64,000 bases of DNA from Takakia lepidozioides (GCA_030704615.1 CM060733.1:61690001-61754000), one strand, 5' to 3'; shown: positions 35,213 through 50,100, numbered from the stretch's first letter. Program-made: numbers and translations. The notes: a model not told the origin generated them from the sequence alone.

Positions 35213-35573
35213 TTAGTCGTTTGGGATTCGCTAAAACGACTTATTAGCCTATGGTCAGCTAAATGGGGAGTGCTCATAAGGGAAAAGTGGAAGGGGTTGT
35301 GTAGAGCTAGGTGATGAAAGGTCGGTGGTACTCACATTTTGCGGCAGTAGAGATGCAAACTTTGGACAGAGCTAGACGTTGAGCAGGAGACAGAGAGCAA
35401 TCTTGCCTGCGAGATTACTGAAAAGACTACAAGGTTGTGACGAGCCTACCTCGGTCAAGGAGCCGGAGCTGGAACCGAGCCCAGCGAGAGATCGAAGCTG
35501 GTAGGTCTGGGCCGGAGCTAGTGCAGACGCTATCCACTGTGGCTGCGTGTGCGGGGGTGTTGGAGGGCGAGAG

Positions 35574-38026
35574 ATGGAGGCGAGGGTGATGGCGGGGGGA
35601 TGCGCAGCTGCGGTCTGTGATGGCAAGGCTGCAGCTGTCGGGCTTGCTGGAGCGCTTGCAAGGCCTTTCTTTGGGGGAGCGTCGTCGTGGAGGTGCTGTA
35701 GCAGTCGGCTTTGTGTAGACAATAGGAGAAGGCTGGGTTTGGTTAGCGTGCAGGGCAAGGGGAAGCGGAGTTTCACGCCTGGAAGGCAGCCTTCGTCACA
35801 GCCAATGCCTGCGTTTCCTAAAGACAATGATGACAATCCCAAGTTCGTATTGTTTATACGGACCAAGAATGTGCGCAGTTTTCTGCGTCCCCGGTTCTTT
35901 TCTTGCTTGCAGACAAATGCATTTTTCTTCAGCTTGATTTCAGTCGCTTATGTGCTAATTTTCTGTTTCAGTACTGCATTGGATGAGTTTCTTGCTATTA
36001 GAATGAAGTGTGCCTATGAGGGGCAATTGAATCTTATATGGGATCAGAGATATCCTGTTCAGGGATGCAGAAAGCCGGAAAAGTGCAGAAAGCTCATGTT
36101 TGTTTAGTACATTGAGGTGATGACGAGTCCTCAATCACTATTACTCGATTTCAACTATGGTTAATAATGACAGTAATGTTAATTTCTGGCAACGTGGTAT
36201 CCACTACTGACCTTGTGGCGCCAAAGGTGATTGAAGAGCGCTACGTTATGTTGTTTTTTGGAACTTGAATCTGTATATCGCAGGTACCACGCTGGTATCC
36301 ACTGAGCGTAGTGACAGGGGGAACAACAGCAAAGATGATGCTAGCGGCCATGAGCAATGATTGGGGCAAGAAGCTTTACGGAGGCACTCTCACCCGCAAT
36401 ATTGCAGAGGTCGTCTACAAGGTATACTTTTTCTCGCTCGCGTTTGAACATTTGTCCGCAAATTTGTCAAAACAGAATTGCAGCCATTGTTACATGTACA
36501 TCTGGCGTCGACGGGGGCATTTCACTACTTCATCGCTGGTCACCAATACAAGTCTTGGTAGTCATCATAAGACAGCTCATCTTCATGATCTCTTATATTT
36601 TGATATTTTCTCTATTGGACTTCAATCGCAGTGAAAGGTGCCTTACTTCCAATTCAATGACCCCGTTGGCCTTTTTGTTGGGCAGAGAGAGTGGGGTGGG
36701 GGGGATTCAGTCATCCTTTTGAGGTTGCATTTTGTTTGCTGGACAATCCAGCAATGGTGCTCTAGGTAGCTCACCCCTTCACCATTGTATTAGCCCTGGG
36801 CTTGGGGGTCATTATTAGCTCATGTGAGGGCACCACGGCATTCGAGTATGAGAAAGTGCAGGCAAAGAAGGAAGTATATATTGTAAGGAGTTGCCTTTTG
36901 GAGTCTTGTTTACCGTTGGGTATGTCAAGAGTCCCTTGATACCCTTATGATATAAGTCTCTTCATATAGTCTCTTGATGCTGTTCCCTTGCCTCACCGTG
37001 GTTCCATCCTTTCGCTTGCCAACAAACTTTAATCACCTATGCAGTTATTTTCAAACAATGCACAATGAGGATTTGTAAAGGCTTTTTTGTGATACTTATT
37101 TCCAGGCCTAGCAGACTTTGGGCCAACCACTGAAGCCACAAGGGCAGAGTAATGTTTGATCAATTTCTGCACTCCCACAGAAGAGACATTAAAGTGTGTC
37201 CCTACATGGAATTGTAGCATCTGAAATGAAACTGCGTACTTTGATCAACTTTGTAGGATGAAAGGGCTCTGCGACAAACAGCATTCAAGCAGTATCCTGT
37301 GCTCAAGTCAGCTTCGGGTTTCGAATATGGCTTCAAAGTGATGGTGAGTGTTTCCTTTCAAATGTTAGCCATCTAATTATTCAATATCTATACTTGCAGG
37401 GTTTAGAAAAGATGAGCTGTTTCGTGGGACATGTAGGGATTTAGTGCTATGAAACTGAGGGCTGGCTGGATGAACTGCGGTTGTGGGTCATCCAGGACAA
37501 GAACAATCCAAAGGGATCACTTTTTGCAACTGACGTCACCAAGGTGAGATAGTTCCTCATGTGAACATACGATTTTTATTTTTGCAACCTTTTCTCAGGA
37601 ACCTGTGTCATTGAGATGGCACTCGCATCTATCTGCCGCAGCTGTAATGAGGGAAACCTCGTTTTGAGCCACGAATGTGGAGTTTTAAGCTCTAGGTTCT
37701 TTCTTGGTCAATGCTCGAAGGAGTGTTCAATGTGGGCAATGTCAGTCAGGGCTTCTCTAATAATTACTGCCTTAGCTCCTGACTACGATGTTATTGAACT
37801 TGAATAACTGTAGTGTCGATTATCTGCAGCATGGAAGTGGACTTACGTTTTTCTTGCTCCTCAGATACCACCTCAAGGAGAGATGAAGTCAGTGGTGGAC
37901 AGAGTAAAAGATTTTTTTGGAAACACAGTAGGGGGTATCAAGGAGTCATTTGGCAGTATTTCCAATCTTTCGGGTAGTTCACAAGAACAAGGCGAACAGC
38001 CATCCGATTCAAAGAAGCCGAAGTGA
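35574..38026 (+). CDS. HHL1: HHL1-like thylakoid PSII repair protein; 5 exons (35574-35870, 36284-36421, 37257-37343, 37496-37543, 37865-38026)
   Basis: NPKFVLFIR, WYPLSVVTGGTTAKMM, TLTRNIAEVVYKDE, FEYGFK, KSVVDRVKDFFG, KESFG; transit-peptide-like N-terminus. Confidence 0.88.
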
Positions 38027-38840
38027 GCAGCTTTTTCCAGCCGGAATATGATACTCTTGTTGAGCCTGTGGGCTTTGACACATGTCATGCGTATGCAAGG
38101 TGGGAATTGGACTGAGAGGTACATCTTCTGGAGCATTCAAGTACTTTCTGATGGTGTGCCTTACTACAGCAGTTGCTGTTGAAAATAGAAATCATAGCTG
38201 AAATTTCTGGCTTACAACATCTGTTAGCTTACTGAGCGGTTTTTAGGAGAGGCCCATAGGGTAGGGGCCAGCCTGCACACTCCCAAGCTTTAACATTGCA
38301 GGCATGTGACATTGTGTAGAGAGAACTTATGAACTTAAGAGCAGATCAGATGTTGCAGAGTTAAATACCCCTTGGAGCAAAGCTCCTTTGTTTAATTGTA
38401 AGATGCAGTATCCTCCTAGATGGCACATTTGGGCATCCAGATTCATGGCTTTGTGTCATCTGATTAATGAGTCAGATCTCATTGTACTTGTAGCTCTATG
38501 GAATATTCTTCTACTGCTTCATAAGGTTGTACACTGATATGCCAGGTAGCTGCTATCGTTTCCACAATCAGTAATACATCCACTACAGAAAAATACACAT
38601 CAAAAAGAGAGATTAGATTCATCAACAATTCCTTCCTCATCCACCACAGTTGACATTCTGAGCACTGGTTAAGTGCTCCTGCTACCATATTGCGGTTGGC
38701 ACTGTATATGGCCACTATTGTCAACATACAGGTCCCAGGACAACATGGCTTCAATAATTATGACCACTATGATCGACGTGTCACAGGAACAGCTAATACG
38801 CTGGTGGCAGTTGAGAATTCGTTTCTCGATAAAAAGGCCA

Positions 38841-41800
38841 TCAGCCTTGAGGGCAATGCAGTGTAGAACAATAATTCCTGTAGGCAGTGTCAGCAGCAGA
38901 CAGTGTGACCATGTTCTTACAAAAGGCAATCCTCACATAGCGCTCCCTGTAGTTGTACGTATTTTGCAGCACCTTGCTTGTGTATCCTTGAGCTCTGTTG
39001 GCAGAGGAATGTTCAACTTCTTGCTGAATGCAAGAATCAGAAAACCTGGCACTCTTCGAACTAGGGCCACACAATTGGTCTGGGTGGAAAAACCCACGCC
39101 CTGGGACAACTGCAACTCCAGCTGTTTTGATCAACTCCGCCACATATTCCACCTACACAGCAACTCTCAAATTAGGCAAAAGAAACCCATAATGCTCTCC
39201 CCTTCACATTCCAACCAGATAGCACAGCAGTCCACTTACATCATTCAGACGACATGCCGGTGGCAGCTCAGCAAATATGAAGAAAGAACCTTGTGGTTTC
39301 AAGAAATTGCAAAAGCCAGCTTGCTCCAGCATCTTGCAGACAAAATTACGCCTCTCTTTATACTGCTGCAGATACCACAGGTATAACATCCAGATGACAA
39401 TGCTGACATGACATTCAATACGAGTTTACAGAGACTTTCGGCCATGGCTAATACGTAGGTAGATCCCATTATAAGAGAGGCAAATTTATGTCTGTCTGTC
39501 TGTCTCTCTCACTCGTGACCACGACTGTGATCCTCACCCCTTTCAAAAGCACACACACTTCATTCATGTTTTCCCAGGGAATCCTTTTCACCAACGCAGT
39601 GAGTTCGACCATTGAGTTTGACCAATTGAAAGGTCTCGGATAAGTAAAGACCTGCCTCAACTGCATATAAAAAATCTTGGAGCTTTGGAGGGCAGCCAGG
39701 GCTGCCTCCTGAAAAGGAGCCGGGGCAGAGTCAGTGAGCTTCACATGGATGTTTTGGATTGCGGCCGATATGAATGGTGGTGCTATTGCCCAACCAACTC
39801 GCCAACCTTGCAACAAAAGCACTGCAGCGATCAATTAACAAAATCTACGAGATATAATGACCGGCATTTGTACAGACATACAACTGATAGAGTGACAAAC
39901 CTGTAACACTAAAAGTCTTGGACAACGAGGATGTCACAATAGTACGATGCTGCATGCCTGGAAATGATGCCATGCTAATATGCTTGACCTCATCAAACGT
40001 TATGTGTTCATACACCTGCCACATCCCATTGTGCCACACTACAAGTCAAGCCAACCTTTTTGGATTCTTATGATGCGAGAGAACATGTGCTTGCAAAGTT
40101 GCCAATATACCTCATCAGTGATGGCCAGGCAGTCATATTTGCAGCACAATGTGGCCATAGCAGCTAGCTCGCGCTCATTGAATACTTTGCCTGTCGGGTT
40201 GTGAGGGCTGCAGGAAGTAACTTATTTGTCAGTGACCCCTGGAACCAGAGTGTTGGGACCAGTGCAAGGTCATACAACCCATAGTAGCTGAAGATGCTGA
40301 GGCGACAGAAAACATTAGGAATATCCTAAACATCTTGACTGGGAACCTCCTAGGAGATATTGAAGCAGTAGAAGAACTGACATAAAAACAGAAGATATGA
40401 CGAGCATTATTCAATGCAGAGACCTGTTGACAACAATGGCTTTGGTGTGAGGGCCAAAGGCAGCTTCCAACTTCTTCATGTCTAATGTCCAGTAAGGTGG
40501 TTCCAGGGCAACATATCTCTGTTGAGAGAGGATGTCAGTGAATCACTCCATAGCCGTGCACGCAGTAACATGATCTTCAAAAACGTTTTGAGGTTCCAAT
40601 CCACAAATTTCCTACCAATCTAGTAATTCTTTACAGCCATAGTCTTTATCATGGTAAGTCACAATACCGGAGTGAACCCCTTACAAAGATAGTGTCTGTT
40701 CCCTTAAAACTGGGCGTGGGGTCTATGGCCACAAGGCTAGGGCAACCACATCTTATGAGTACATTTTTACAGGCAAAGAAAGGAGCGTGCATCCACATAA
40801 GTTTGTGATGACTTAGAGCTGCACCACTTACAGGTGTTCCTCCTGCCAGGATGATGCATGCTTCATATGTCTCATATGCTGGATCTAGCAGTACAACCTC
40901 ATCACCTTCCTCCACCACTGCTCTTCCACACACAAACATGGGTGCCCAGACATTGTAAAAAGAAACCACATTGGAGGGCTAATGTAAATGCTCAGAAAAC
41001 TAGGACAGGTTCCAGAGCACACCAGCGAAGACAGCAGCTGCCATAGCTTCTGATTGGCCACAGCAAATAGTAACCTGTGTTGTCGGGTCCACTGTCACAC
41101 TGTGAGACTTCTCAAATGCCTCCGCCACCTTCTCACAAACACCCTGTACATGCCTACCAGCCGACAGAGATGCTTAAGTCCCTCACCCTCTCCTGGAATT
41201 GATATAACTAGCTCTCTCCACTGATGTTTTGCATTTAAAATGATTAAAAGAGCACCCAAATGCTAAGCAATTCTTAAACCCTGAACCCTCAGTTCTGTGG
41301 CGGGGGTGTCGGCTAGTAGTGCATACCTGTATTGATTGAAATCCGCTGCGATGGCAGAAATTGCAGCCTCCTTGATTTGAGGAGGGGCAGGAAAATCAGG
41401 GAACCCTTCATACATCAGATGCCACCTTTGGATTAGAGCTGATGAAAAACCTCGAGGAAAGCGCACTCACTCTCTCACTCTCTGACTGAGTCCACTGACT
41501 CGGATTTTAAAGTAAGTTTTCTTCGATACCTCTTCTCCCCAAAAATGCCACATTTGCAGTACAATTTTCAAGACTACAAAGAGTAGGTCGTTGGATGTCA
41601 CAGCGCCATGGCAGTTTCATGCTGAGTCATCTAGCTGCGCAAGGCTATCCCCAGAGACTTTGTGTGACAACAATGCTTGAAGCTAAAACTCTTTCAGTAT
41701 CTTCATGCGCGATAGTAGAGCTGTAAAGACATATTCATTACTCTTCTACTTGGTAAAAGCTGGAGAAATGTCCTCATTCACTCAATCATTGCGGCGTTGG

Positions 41801-42233
41801 AAGTCGAGGAGAAGGTGCAAAAATCTCAACCAAAACCAACAAGAATGACTTGTTTCGGGATCTCGTCTTGTGATCCTTACACCCAGCATATACATACTAA
41901 CGACCTTCTGCGGATTGACACAAATTGGCTTTATGCAACCTCACAAGTGGCCTGAGCTACCCTGCCCGTCCAGAGATGCCGCCTCCCATTGACAAATTCA
42001 AGAATTGGAAACTGAAGTCCTTTCCTGGCTGTATATGCAGGACCTGCCTTTGGGGCAGCCCAATGTGGGCGGTTGTTGTTAACTACAGTCGCTCGAGCGA
42101 GAAGAGGGAGGGAGAGGGCACCTTCAGCAAGGTTGAGGGCATTGCAGCGCTGTGCGAGCAATGAAAGCTGCTGGATTGGCGACGGCTTGAAGGCCAGGGT
42201 CCGCCTGGCCAGCACAGCTCGTGATTCCGCCAT
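38841..42233 (-). CDS. PLP-dependent class I/II aminotransferase (kynurenine/glutamine/methionine aminotransferase-like), multi-exon; start could be 42233, 42248 or 42284
   Basis: LNLAEGFPDF, CGQSEA, DEVVLLDPAYETY, NSPHNPTGKVF, TDEVYEHI, PLP-lysine motif SSLSKTFSVTGWRVGW, PQGSFFIF, YVRIAFCK. Confidence 0.9.
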
Positions 42234-42780
42234 AGCTTCTCCTCCCATCCTTCCGGCCTTCCGTGTGTACTTGGTACCTCTCATCAAGTTCAAATCTTCT
42301 TCCTCCCTCGCTCGTGGGCGATGTGTGGGCCCGTGGCGCGATTTGCACACCAATGATCCGATGACAGCACTTTGATGAGAAATGCGGTGAGCTCATCCCA
42401 AAGTTGGAGTCTCGCTCATCGAAAGAAAAAAGAATGGCAGAGAAGGAGAAGAGGAAGGTGCGGTGTTGCTGGTTAGGTTTGTTACGTGTTGTCTTCTCAC
42501 TGTGCATGGCTTGCATAGGTGCCGTCTGGGCCCCCATGCCAGGTGGTGGCCTACCGAATTGGCGACGGCGCTCATCCGTAAAAGAACGGAAGAACCCGTC
42601 TTGCAGAAAGGTTTGAACTACTACGACAATATATCTGCAACCCACTCTGTTTTTCGAGTTTCATTCTTGCTATCAGAAGCTGCGAGGGATCCAGTGTGTG
42701 AACTTGTCTGTGAGGAGGACTTCGGAGATCAAGCCAAGTGGGTTGTGTTGGCTGTCTGTGTCCCATAGTATCTCATAGCG

Positions 42781-45700
42781 ATGGGAATGGAAGGCGTGGA
42801 GAATGGAGGAAAATTAACAGGGCAAGCAGCAGCCCCGCGGCATTATAAGATGTACTTGGCGAGCCAGGGTGTTGATTCTCAAACGAATTATCTGGATGTG
42901 CAGAACAAGTACACCGGGGCCGTGGGTACAACACTCTCCGTCCTTCCCTCTCTCATCATCATTGTGGCTTATTCCGATTTCTCGTACTTACAAGGAGCAA
43001 GTTTAAATTGTCAAGTCATGATCTTGCAAATTCGTTTGATCGTCTGACAAGCAATTTGAAGGGGAGGTGCATGTTTGGTCAATTCAGACTCGTACGAGTC
43101 TATTGATTCAAATGCGGCTCTCCAGCTTTGTCCAGTGTAGGACGTCGCAATAGGATTTACTTTCAGAATATACCTCACCTCACCGAGCTTGACTGAGAAT
43201 GGTTTGAGGTTTTCGTAAGAGATTCTAATTTGTCTTTGCGTTTGACTGGCGGGGTGTTTGTAGAGGCGAGGGTGCCATTGGCTACCCACGCCGACATTGA
43301 TAAGGCAATTGACGCAGCAGTGAAGGCTGCACCGGCCATGGCTGCCATGCCTTCATACGAGCGAAAGGCTGTCCTTGAGAAGGTTCCTTCGCAACATACC
43401 AGTCCAATAACTGTAATAATAAAGACTTCAAAGGACAGTTGTCTTATTTCTAGTTCTTGGGTGCTCTTTGTCCTTTATCTTTGGCCACTGTTGAAATCTG
43501 CATTCTAGGTCCTTGCTTTCTGACTTTCAAAATGGTTGGGTCCAGTTTGATCATCGGTCCACCAGGTAGAGGTTAGAGAGAGCATTTGTAGTCAGAAGAA
43601 ATTTGAATCCTTGGGGATCTTGGAAATCAAAACTGTTAGAATGAGGAACCAAATGCCTTGTTTTCATGGCTTTGTAAATTGGATGATGGCTCACAGTTGG
43701 TAAGGGGGTTCTTGTGGGGCAGGTGGTAGCAGAACTGCGAAAGCGAAGTGAGGAGATTGCACAGATCATAACTATGGAGGCAGGCAAGCCCATAAAAGAT
43801 GCGCGGGGAGAAGTGGCTCGCACCATTGATACCTTCCAGGTGGCTGCCGAAGAAAGCACGCGTATTTATGGTGAACATATGCCTCTGGACATTTCTCCCC
43901 GCAACAAAGGGTTGCAGGTATGTGGCATACTTAAGTATTAGGTTGCATGGAATTTCACAACAGCAGTCATCTTCAGAATCGCAGTCCCTTCAACTATCAA
44001 GAGTAACAGTGGCTGTGAGGAGTTGGTCTACATGTGCAGCTTCATAGACAAGGATATGGCATCAGTGGAGGCTATTTACAAGCTTGACGGGTAGAGACAT
44101 TGGTTCTCCCTGGAGATTCTGAGTTGGTGTTTGTTGATGGACAACAGGGGCTGGTTAGAAAATTTCCCATAGGCCCAGTGTCTATGGTCAGCCCGTGGAA
44201 TTTCCCCTTGAATCTGGTGGCCCATAAAGTGGCTCCAGCCATAGCTGTTGGCTGCCCATTCGTCCTGAAACCCAGCAGTCGCACTCCCCTCTCTGCTATC
44301 ATCTTGGGCGAGATTCTGGAAACTTGCGAAATGCTGCCAAGGGGTGCCTTTTCCATTCTTCCAGTCTCAAGAGAGAATGCGGACTTGTTCACTACAGATG
44401 AACGATTCAAGCTTTTGACCTTCACAGGCTCTGGCATGGCTGGTTGGGCAATGAAGGCTCGTGCTGGCAAGAAGAAGGTATATTCTGCATTTATAGTGAG
44501 AAGAATGTGGGCGTAGTGGTGAGGTGTTTGTTTGCATATGTTTTGTTTTATGTTTATGTGTATAATAAAGTAGTGCAGAAGAAATGGTTGAATCAACCAT
44601 TTGTTAAAGATTTTTGGATTTACAGTGAAAAGAATGCAGTCTTAAATGGTGAGGTGTAAGTATGGTTGTTAAGTATTGTTTATACCTATGGTCGTTTCTA
44701 AAGTCAAGTGCTGGAATTTTGGCAGGTTGTCATGGAACTCGGAGGGAATGCACCATGCATAGTTGAGGATTTGGTACCAGACTTGGATAGTACCGTTGCA
44801 AGGTTGATCAACGGAGGTTTCTATCAGGGAGGACAGTCATGTATTCATATGCAGCGGCTGTATGTTCATGAGCGGCTCTATGACCAGGTTTGACATCTTG
44901 CTGGCATTGGGGTTGCAGTAGTTTTATGACATTTAAAAAAGTATTGGCTTCTGGGTTGTGTATGATGCCCTTGTAGGTTGTTCATAGCTCATCGACAAAC
45001 ACTTGCTTCAGATGTGACCGAGTAATAGGTAGTTTCAAGTCTGCATGGTAAAGCATGCACATTGTCCAACTCATGCAGGTGAAGCGTGCATTCCTGGAAG
45101 CTGTGAAGAAATTGAAAGTTGGAAATCCATTTGAAGAGGATACCTACCTTGGTCCTATGATTTCGGAGTCTGCTGCAGAAGGGATTGAGAACTGGATTAA
45201 GGATGCCATAGCGAAAGGAGGAAAATTACTGACAGGTGGGAATAGGAAAGGTGCATTCCTGGAGCCAACAGTTCTAGAGAATGTACCCATGGAAGCGGAT
45301 GCTAGGCGTGAAGAAATTTTTGGACCTGTTCTTCTTTTGTACTCCTACAGGTAGGATCCGGTTCCTTTCCCAAAGGTATTTCACTGTTCCATTCTAGTTT
45401 CTTGGGTATCTCCAAGATGTTGAACTTAAAAAACTGGAAATGTGTCAAGAGGTTAATATATATGAGTGATGACTAGTAGTATTCCATGGTGAGTTTCTGA
45501 TGGGAAAAATACTGAAGTATTGCTAGGCAAACTGGAGGTTTGTTTTTTTTTTTTTTTTCCCCATGTGTAGACACCATGACATAGCACTCTATCCCCTTTC
45601 TGCAGTGGTATTTCTGTATAGAGCAGCAATATAATTGTACCTTAGTTTCATAGAGGATTTTGAAAAGAGTGGTCTTGGGGAGCAGAGACTTCAAAGATGC

Positions 45701-46271
45701 TGTACGAGAGGCAAACAACACACACTATGGACTACAATCAGGGATATTTACATCTGATTTAAACAAAGCGTTCTACGCATTTGAGCACCTTGAGGTATGT
45801 TACAGCATGCATACTTCGGGATATCAGCAATTGCTTTTTGTCCATATTCTTTATAGGATTTAAGTTTCCTTATAAGTCGCAGTCAACTTCTCTGCTATGT
45901 GCACACACTGTAGGTGATTGTTTTTTTCCCTTTTCTCGTCAAGCAACTATCGCAGAGATCATAGCAACCAGTTGGCTTAGCCAGAGCCCTGTTCAAATGT
46001 GAGGTTATGGTTTGAATTGTTCTGCAAATGCCTCCTACTATCTTAAAAATGTGGATTTCATGTAGGAACTAATAATGTCTACACAAATGGTGTGATTTGT
46101 TTCCTGCAGGCAGGTGGAGTTGTTCTGAATGATTCACCAAGCCTCAGGGTAGATAGTCAACCATATGGAGGTTTGAAAGACTCAGGCCTGCAGCGAGAGG
46201 GTGTTAAATATGCTATGGAGGATATGCTTGAAATGAAAGTGTTGGTGATGAGAAATGTAGGTGTTCTGTAA
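42781..46271 (+). CDS. ALDH21A1: Aldehyde dehydrogenase family 21 (NADP+-dependent succinic semialdehyde dehydrogenase type), multi-exon
   Basis: SPWNFPLNLVAHKVAPA, LKPSSRTP, TFTGS, MELGGNAP, GQSCIH, EEIFGPV, QPYGGLKDSGLQREG. The peptide closely resembles moss ALDH21A1 as I recall it. Confidence 0.9.
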
Positions 46272-47120
46272 AAATGTTTGCAAGATAGCAATCTGATTTG
46301 GCAATGCTCCATCTGATGGCATTGTCAGAACCTAATTGGGGCTTGGCTTCAAAGATTGAGCTATGTAAGTAGGAAATGCCTATCTTTTATGGGAGAGGGT
46401 GAAAAACTAGAAAACAAGTATTCAGTAGCATGCGCAGACTGAATATATGTAGGTATGCTGGATATGCAGAAGATTGTGGACAATGCCGGTCTGTTTGCAA
46501 ATAAACCGTGCAGACAGTGCAGGGTTGAATACACACTTGGAAAACTTCTCCAAACTTCAGAAGGTTTATCATGATTTATGATTTATCAAGTTTTTAAGAT
46601 TGTAAGACTCGCTTGAAGTGACAATCCATGATATTTTCTCTTTTTATTGTTAACTGTGAAAAGTGTGTTCATTTCCAGCAAATTTACTAAACTTGCAGCT
46701 CAATGCAGGAGGCTTGGGAGCCTAAGAATTCTAGTGTAATGCTTATCATCTAGGTTTCTTCTCTATACATGTTAAGCAATACTGTTACCATGCATCATCC
46801 CGGGTACCTTTCCATTACTGCAGTCAAATAAAGTGTATGCTGTACTTGCGGAGTTAGGACTGCAGTACTAACAAATTACAGTTCCTTGTCCATGAAATGT
46901 AGTGCAGCTCATAGAAACAAGCAAGAAGTACAAATACTCTTTCCAGTCCCATACATGTTAACTCAGTGCACCTGCTCAACAGCTGCTGTCACCCAATACT
47001 CTCAAATATATGGTTGAAAACAACATGGGCAGCTGCAATTCGATTTTTTGTGATAATCCCATCTGGCTACCACTATATCTGGCAAGCCTAAAAACTGTAG
47101 CATGGCTATATCGGTAGGTA

Positions 47121-50100
47121 TTATATCTTGTATGACCTGTGCCCAGTTTCATCGCTGGTCAAATCCTCGTCCCAGTCACCCAGATCCTTACCCCCAAATA
47201 CCAGCTGCTTGATACCAACATAGCTGCTCCCATCATATGCCAGCAAAGCACAAAAGCTGAATGAGAAATAAAATAAGACTACACGGGTACAATTTAGACT
47301 ACCAATGCTTTGACACAAATTTCTGAGTTCCATGTGTAGTATTAGAAAGCAACCAAATGATAAGAGAGAGAGCAAGAGGAGAGAAATTAACTGGATGAGA
47401 GTGACACAAGAGAAGGTTGAAAACTGAAGTAGTTCCAGTGAGCTCCGCACAGAAGTCAGAAGCCATCCATTCCACCTCTTTAGGTGGTGAAATATAGTAG
47501 TGTGAGGGTCTGGGTGTTTGAGATATAGCAGCATAGCACTTTACTAGTTAGAAAGAGGAGAGAGAAATGGGCTTACTCTGAGCTGACAGCAGCAAAAGCA
47601 TTTATCATCACATCCAAGGCTACTGGGTCTGAAGTGCCCAAATCCACCCTGCCAGTGAAATACAAGTTAATGATAAGTTTTTGCCGTAGTATTCGTGACA
47701 GCAACCACAAGGTCCAGAAGAAAGCTTAAGATGAACCACCTCACGCATTAAAAGAGCAAAAATGTCATACCACACACGGGCCCAATTGTCTTGGAACTCG
47801 ACGTCACCAATGTTGTGGAACAAAGCTGGCAATGCTTCTGCAGCCTGATCTGGACTGTAGCAAATCTTCGCATCCACTGGTGCCTTCGTCAGCTGCAAAC
47901 TCCATGTCCATCACACTAGATGCTCATCGACTGGTATCGCCCATGAAAACTGCTTATAAGCTAAAGTGATTCAAAGAGGAAGGTTCCAGAATGATCTGTG
48001 AAAGATGGGTGGATAAGCAATATGCAGACATGGCCAAATCTGAAACAATTTTTTTTCATGTGTGAATTAAAATCCCATCTGGAGTAGCAAGGCTGCCATG
48101 ATGTACAATGGGCTACCAGCCAGCATTGATAACATAGCTCCTACTGATCGGAATGCACTTCAAGCAGCTAGAAAGTGAAGAGCAACTGCCAGAGAGAATG
48201 GGAGAACATATGCTTGGTGCTACCCACCTGCAAGTTCATAGAGTTGAAAGCGCCCAAACGGCCCAGTATATACCATGAGCGGACTACCTGCAATTACCCT
48301 CATACCAGTCAACAAAGGAGATGGAAGCTCATTCACAGCTTTTTGATCAAAGAACAAAGTACACAAATGGTAGAGACAACCCTGGAGACATTTATAATCA
48401 CCTTTAGATGCGACCATGGAAACCAACTATGCATGGATGCTCTAATCTTCTGCCCCCACAAGCACTACTTGACAACATATGGCCTGCAGTCTTTAGATAT
48501 TTTCATCTGAGTTGCAAATTGACAAATTCTTCTACTCTTGCAGAGGCTCCTTTCTCAATAAGTCTGCTCACGAAAATGCCGATGTTGGCAAGGAGAAGTT
48601 TCTTCAAGGGAAATTTGTCGATGATGAGAGGGATGGAGGGCATACACCGCCAATGATTTCAATATCCTTATCGGACGGAGCAGCATAGAGCTCCAGCCAT
48701 ATGTGTGAGTCCGTGGGATCAAACCTGCCACATTTCTTTGCATCTTAGCCAAGGTAAAATGTATCTGTAGGGGAAGGTGTGAGAGATTGATTGGCTATCC
48801 GGCTTGACAACCATGGCAAGTTGCCCATGGTAGCCGAGAGAAAATCTCCAACTTCAACTCTTGGCTAGCAGAAGCATAAGCAAATGAAGGTGCATAGAGG
48901 AGACATGAGTTCCTCGAAGAAAAGGAATCCCTGTACTCACTCTTGAAATACAACAGCCATGGCAATAGCTGACCCAGTCTTGGCTTGGAGAATATCACGG
49001 CCCTTCCTTCGAACTCTCTCCTCCACCTGCAAATCCACACAAACGCAGTCAGACTAGTATCCACTCCTGCAAAGCTTGAAATGATGACAGGGTCCTGATT
49101 TTTGGAAATCTTAAATTGGCAACTTTAAGTGCTTTAGCCTCCAAGAAAATGTACAAACAGAACATACTTGGATCAGAGGTAAGGGAGCCAGGCACAGGCA
49201 GAAAGCGGGGAACAACATCTGTTCCTGAAGTAAATATCCCATTGAGAACATATACACCAGACAGGATTACCTCTTCTCTAACAGTTCCCCACATCAAAGC
49301 AACCAAGCAGGCCCAGTAAGAAAAGCCCGAGTAATTGATGGCAAAAGGACTATAGAAGTCCTTGAATGGAGCAATGGATATGTGGGTACATAACAATGCG
49401 TGGCAGCATAAGCTGAACTCTTATATGCAATGGTGCAGAATTAACCCTATGCTGAACCTTCAAGTTTGGAAGGCTGTGAACTCAATGAGAGTAACTAAAG
49501 GAAGGGACAAGCTGGCTGCCAGCATCCAGTAGCAAGTTGTCCCTATTAATCTGCAAAATCATTTCACTCTGCTCAAATGGCCGGACATTGCAGAAGTTAA
49601 TTCAACCAGCTTGAGCTTGCTGTTCTTAGGTAATTTTTAAAGTCTTGCCACACTTCCAAAGGAGGAGAGGAACAGGTACCATACACGTCGCTTCATTTCT
49701 TCTGGGTTGCCGAGAGCATCTCCAATGATTTCTTGAAGCTCAGCATCATCCTTGCATGCATTTTCTAGAATCCTGTGGCCAGATGAAAAAGACTGCTTGA
49801 AAGATGGGAAGATGGTGATGTTTCAAAGTTCTCCTACAAAATTGTGGAGCATTACACTGAAGTGAAAAGTAGCATGACTTCAAGGACGGCTTCTCATGTA
49901 GCCTTTCATGATATATATACCATCCAATCACACGAAGGGCTTAAACCCTGAGTGCACACTGGCCTTCGACATATTTGAGGCCTAAAGCTGTAACCTGAGT
50001 CCGGGCAGATTCTGGGTGCAACAACTGAACTATAGTCACTAGAGAGAACAATGGAACCCCCTAATCCACCTCGGAAAGCATTTTCTTAATGGATGTTACT

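Noticed and set aside
38673-39386. 237-aa plus-strand ORF
   Set aside because: It is antisense to the last aminotransferase exons with no recognisable motif, so it is probably a shadow ORF.
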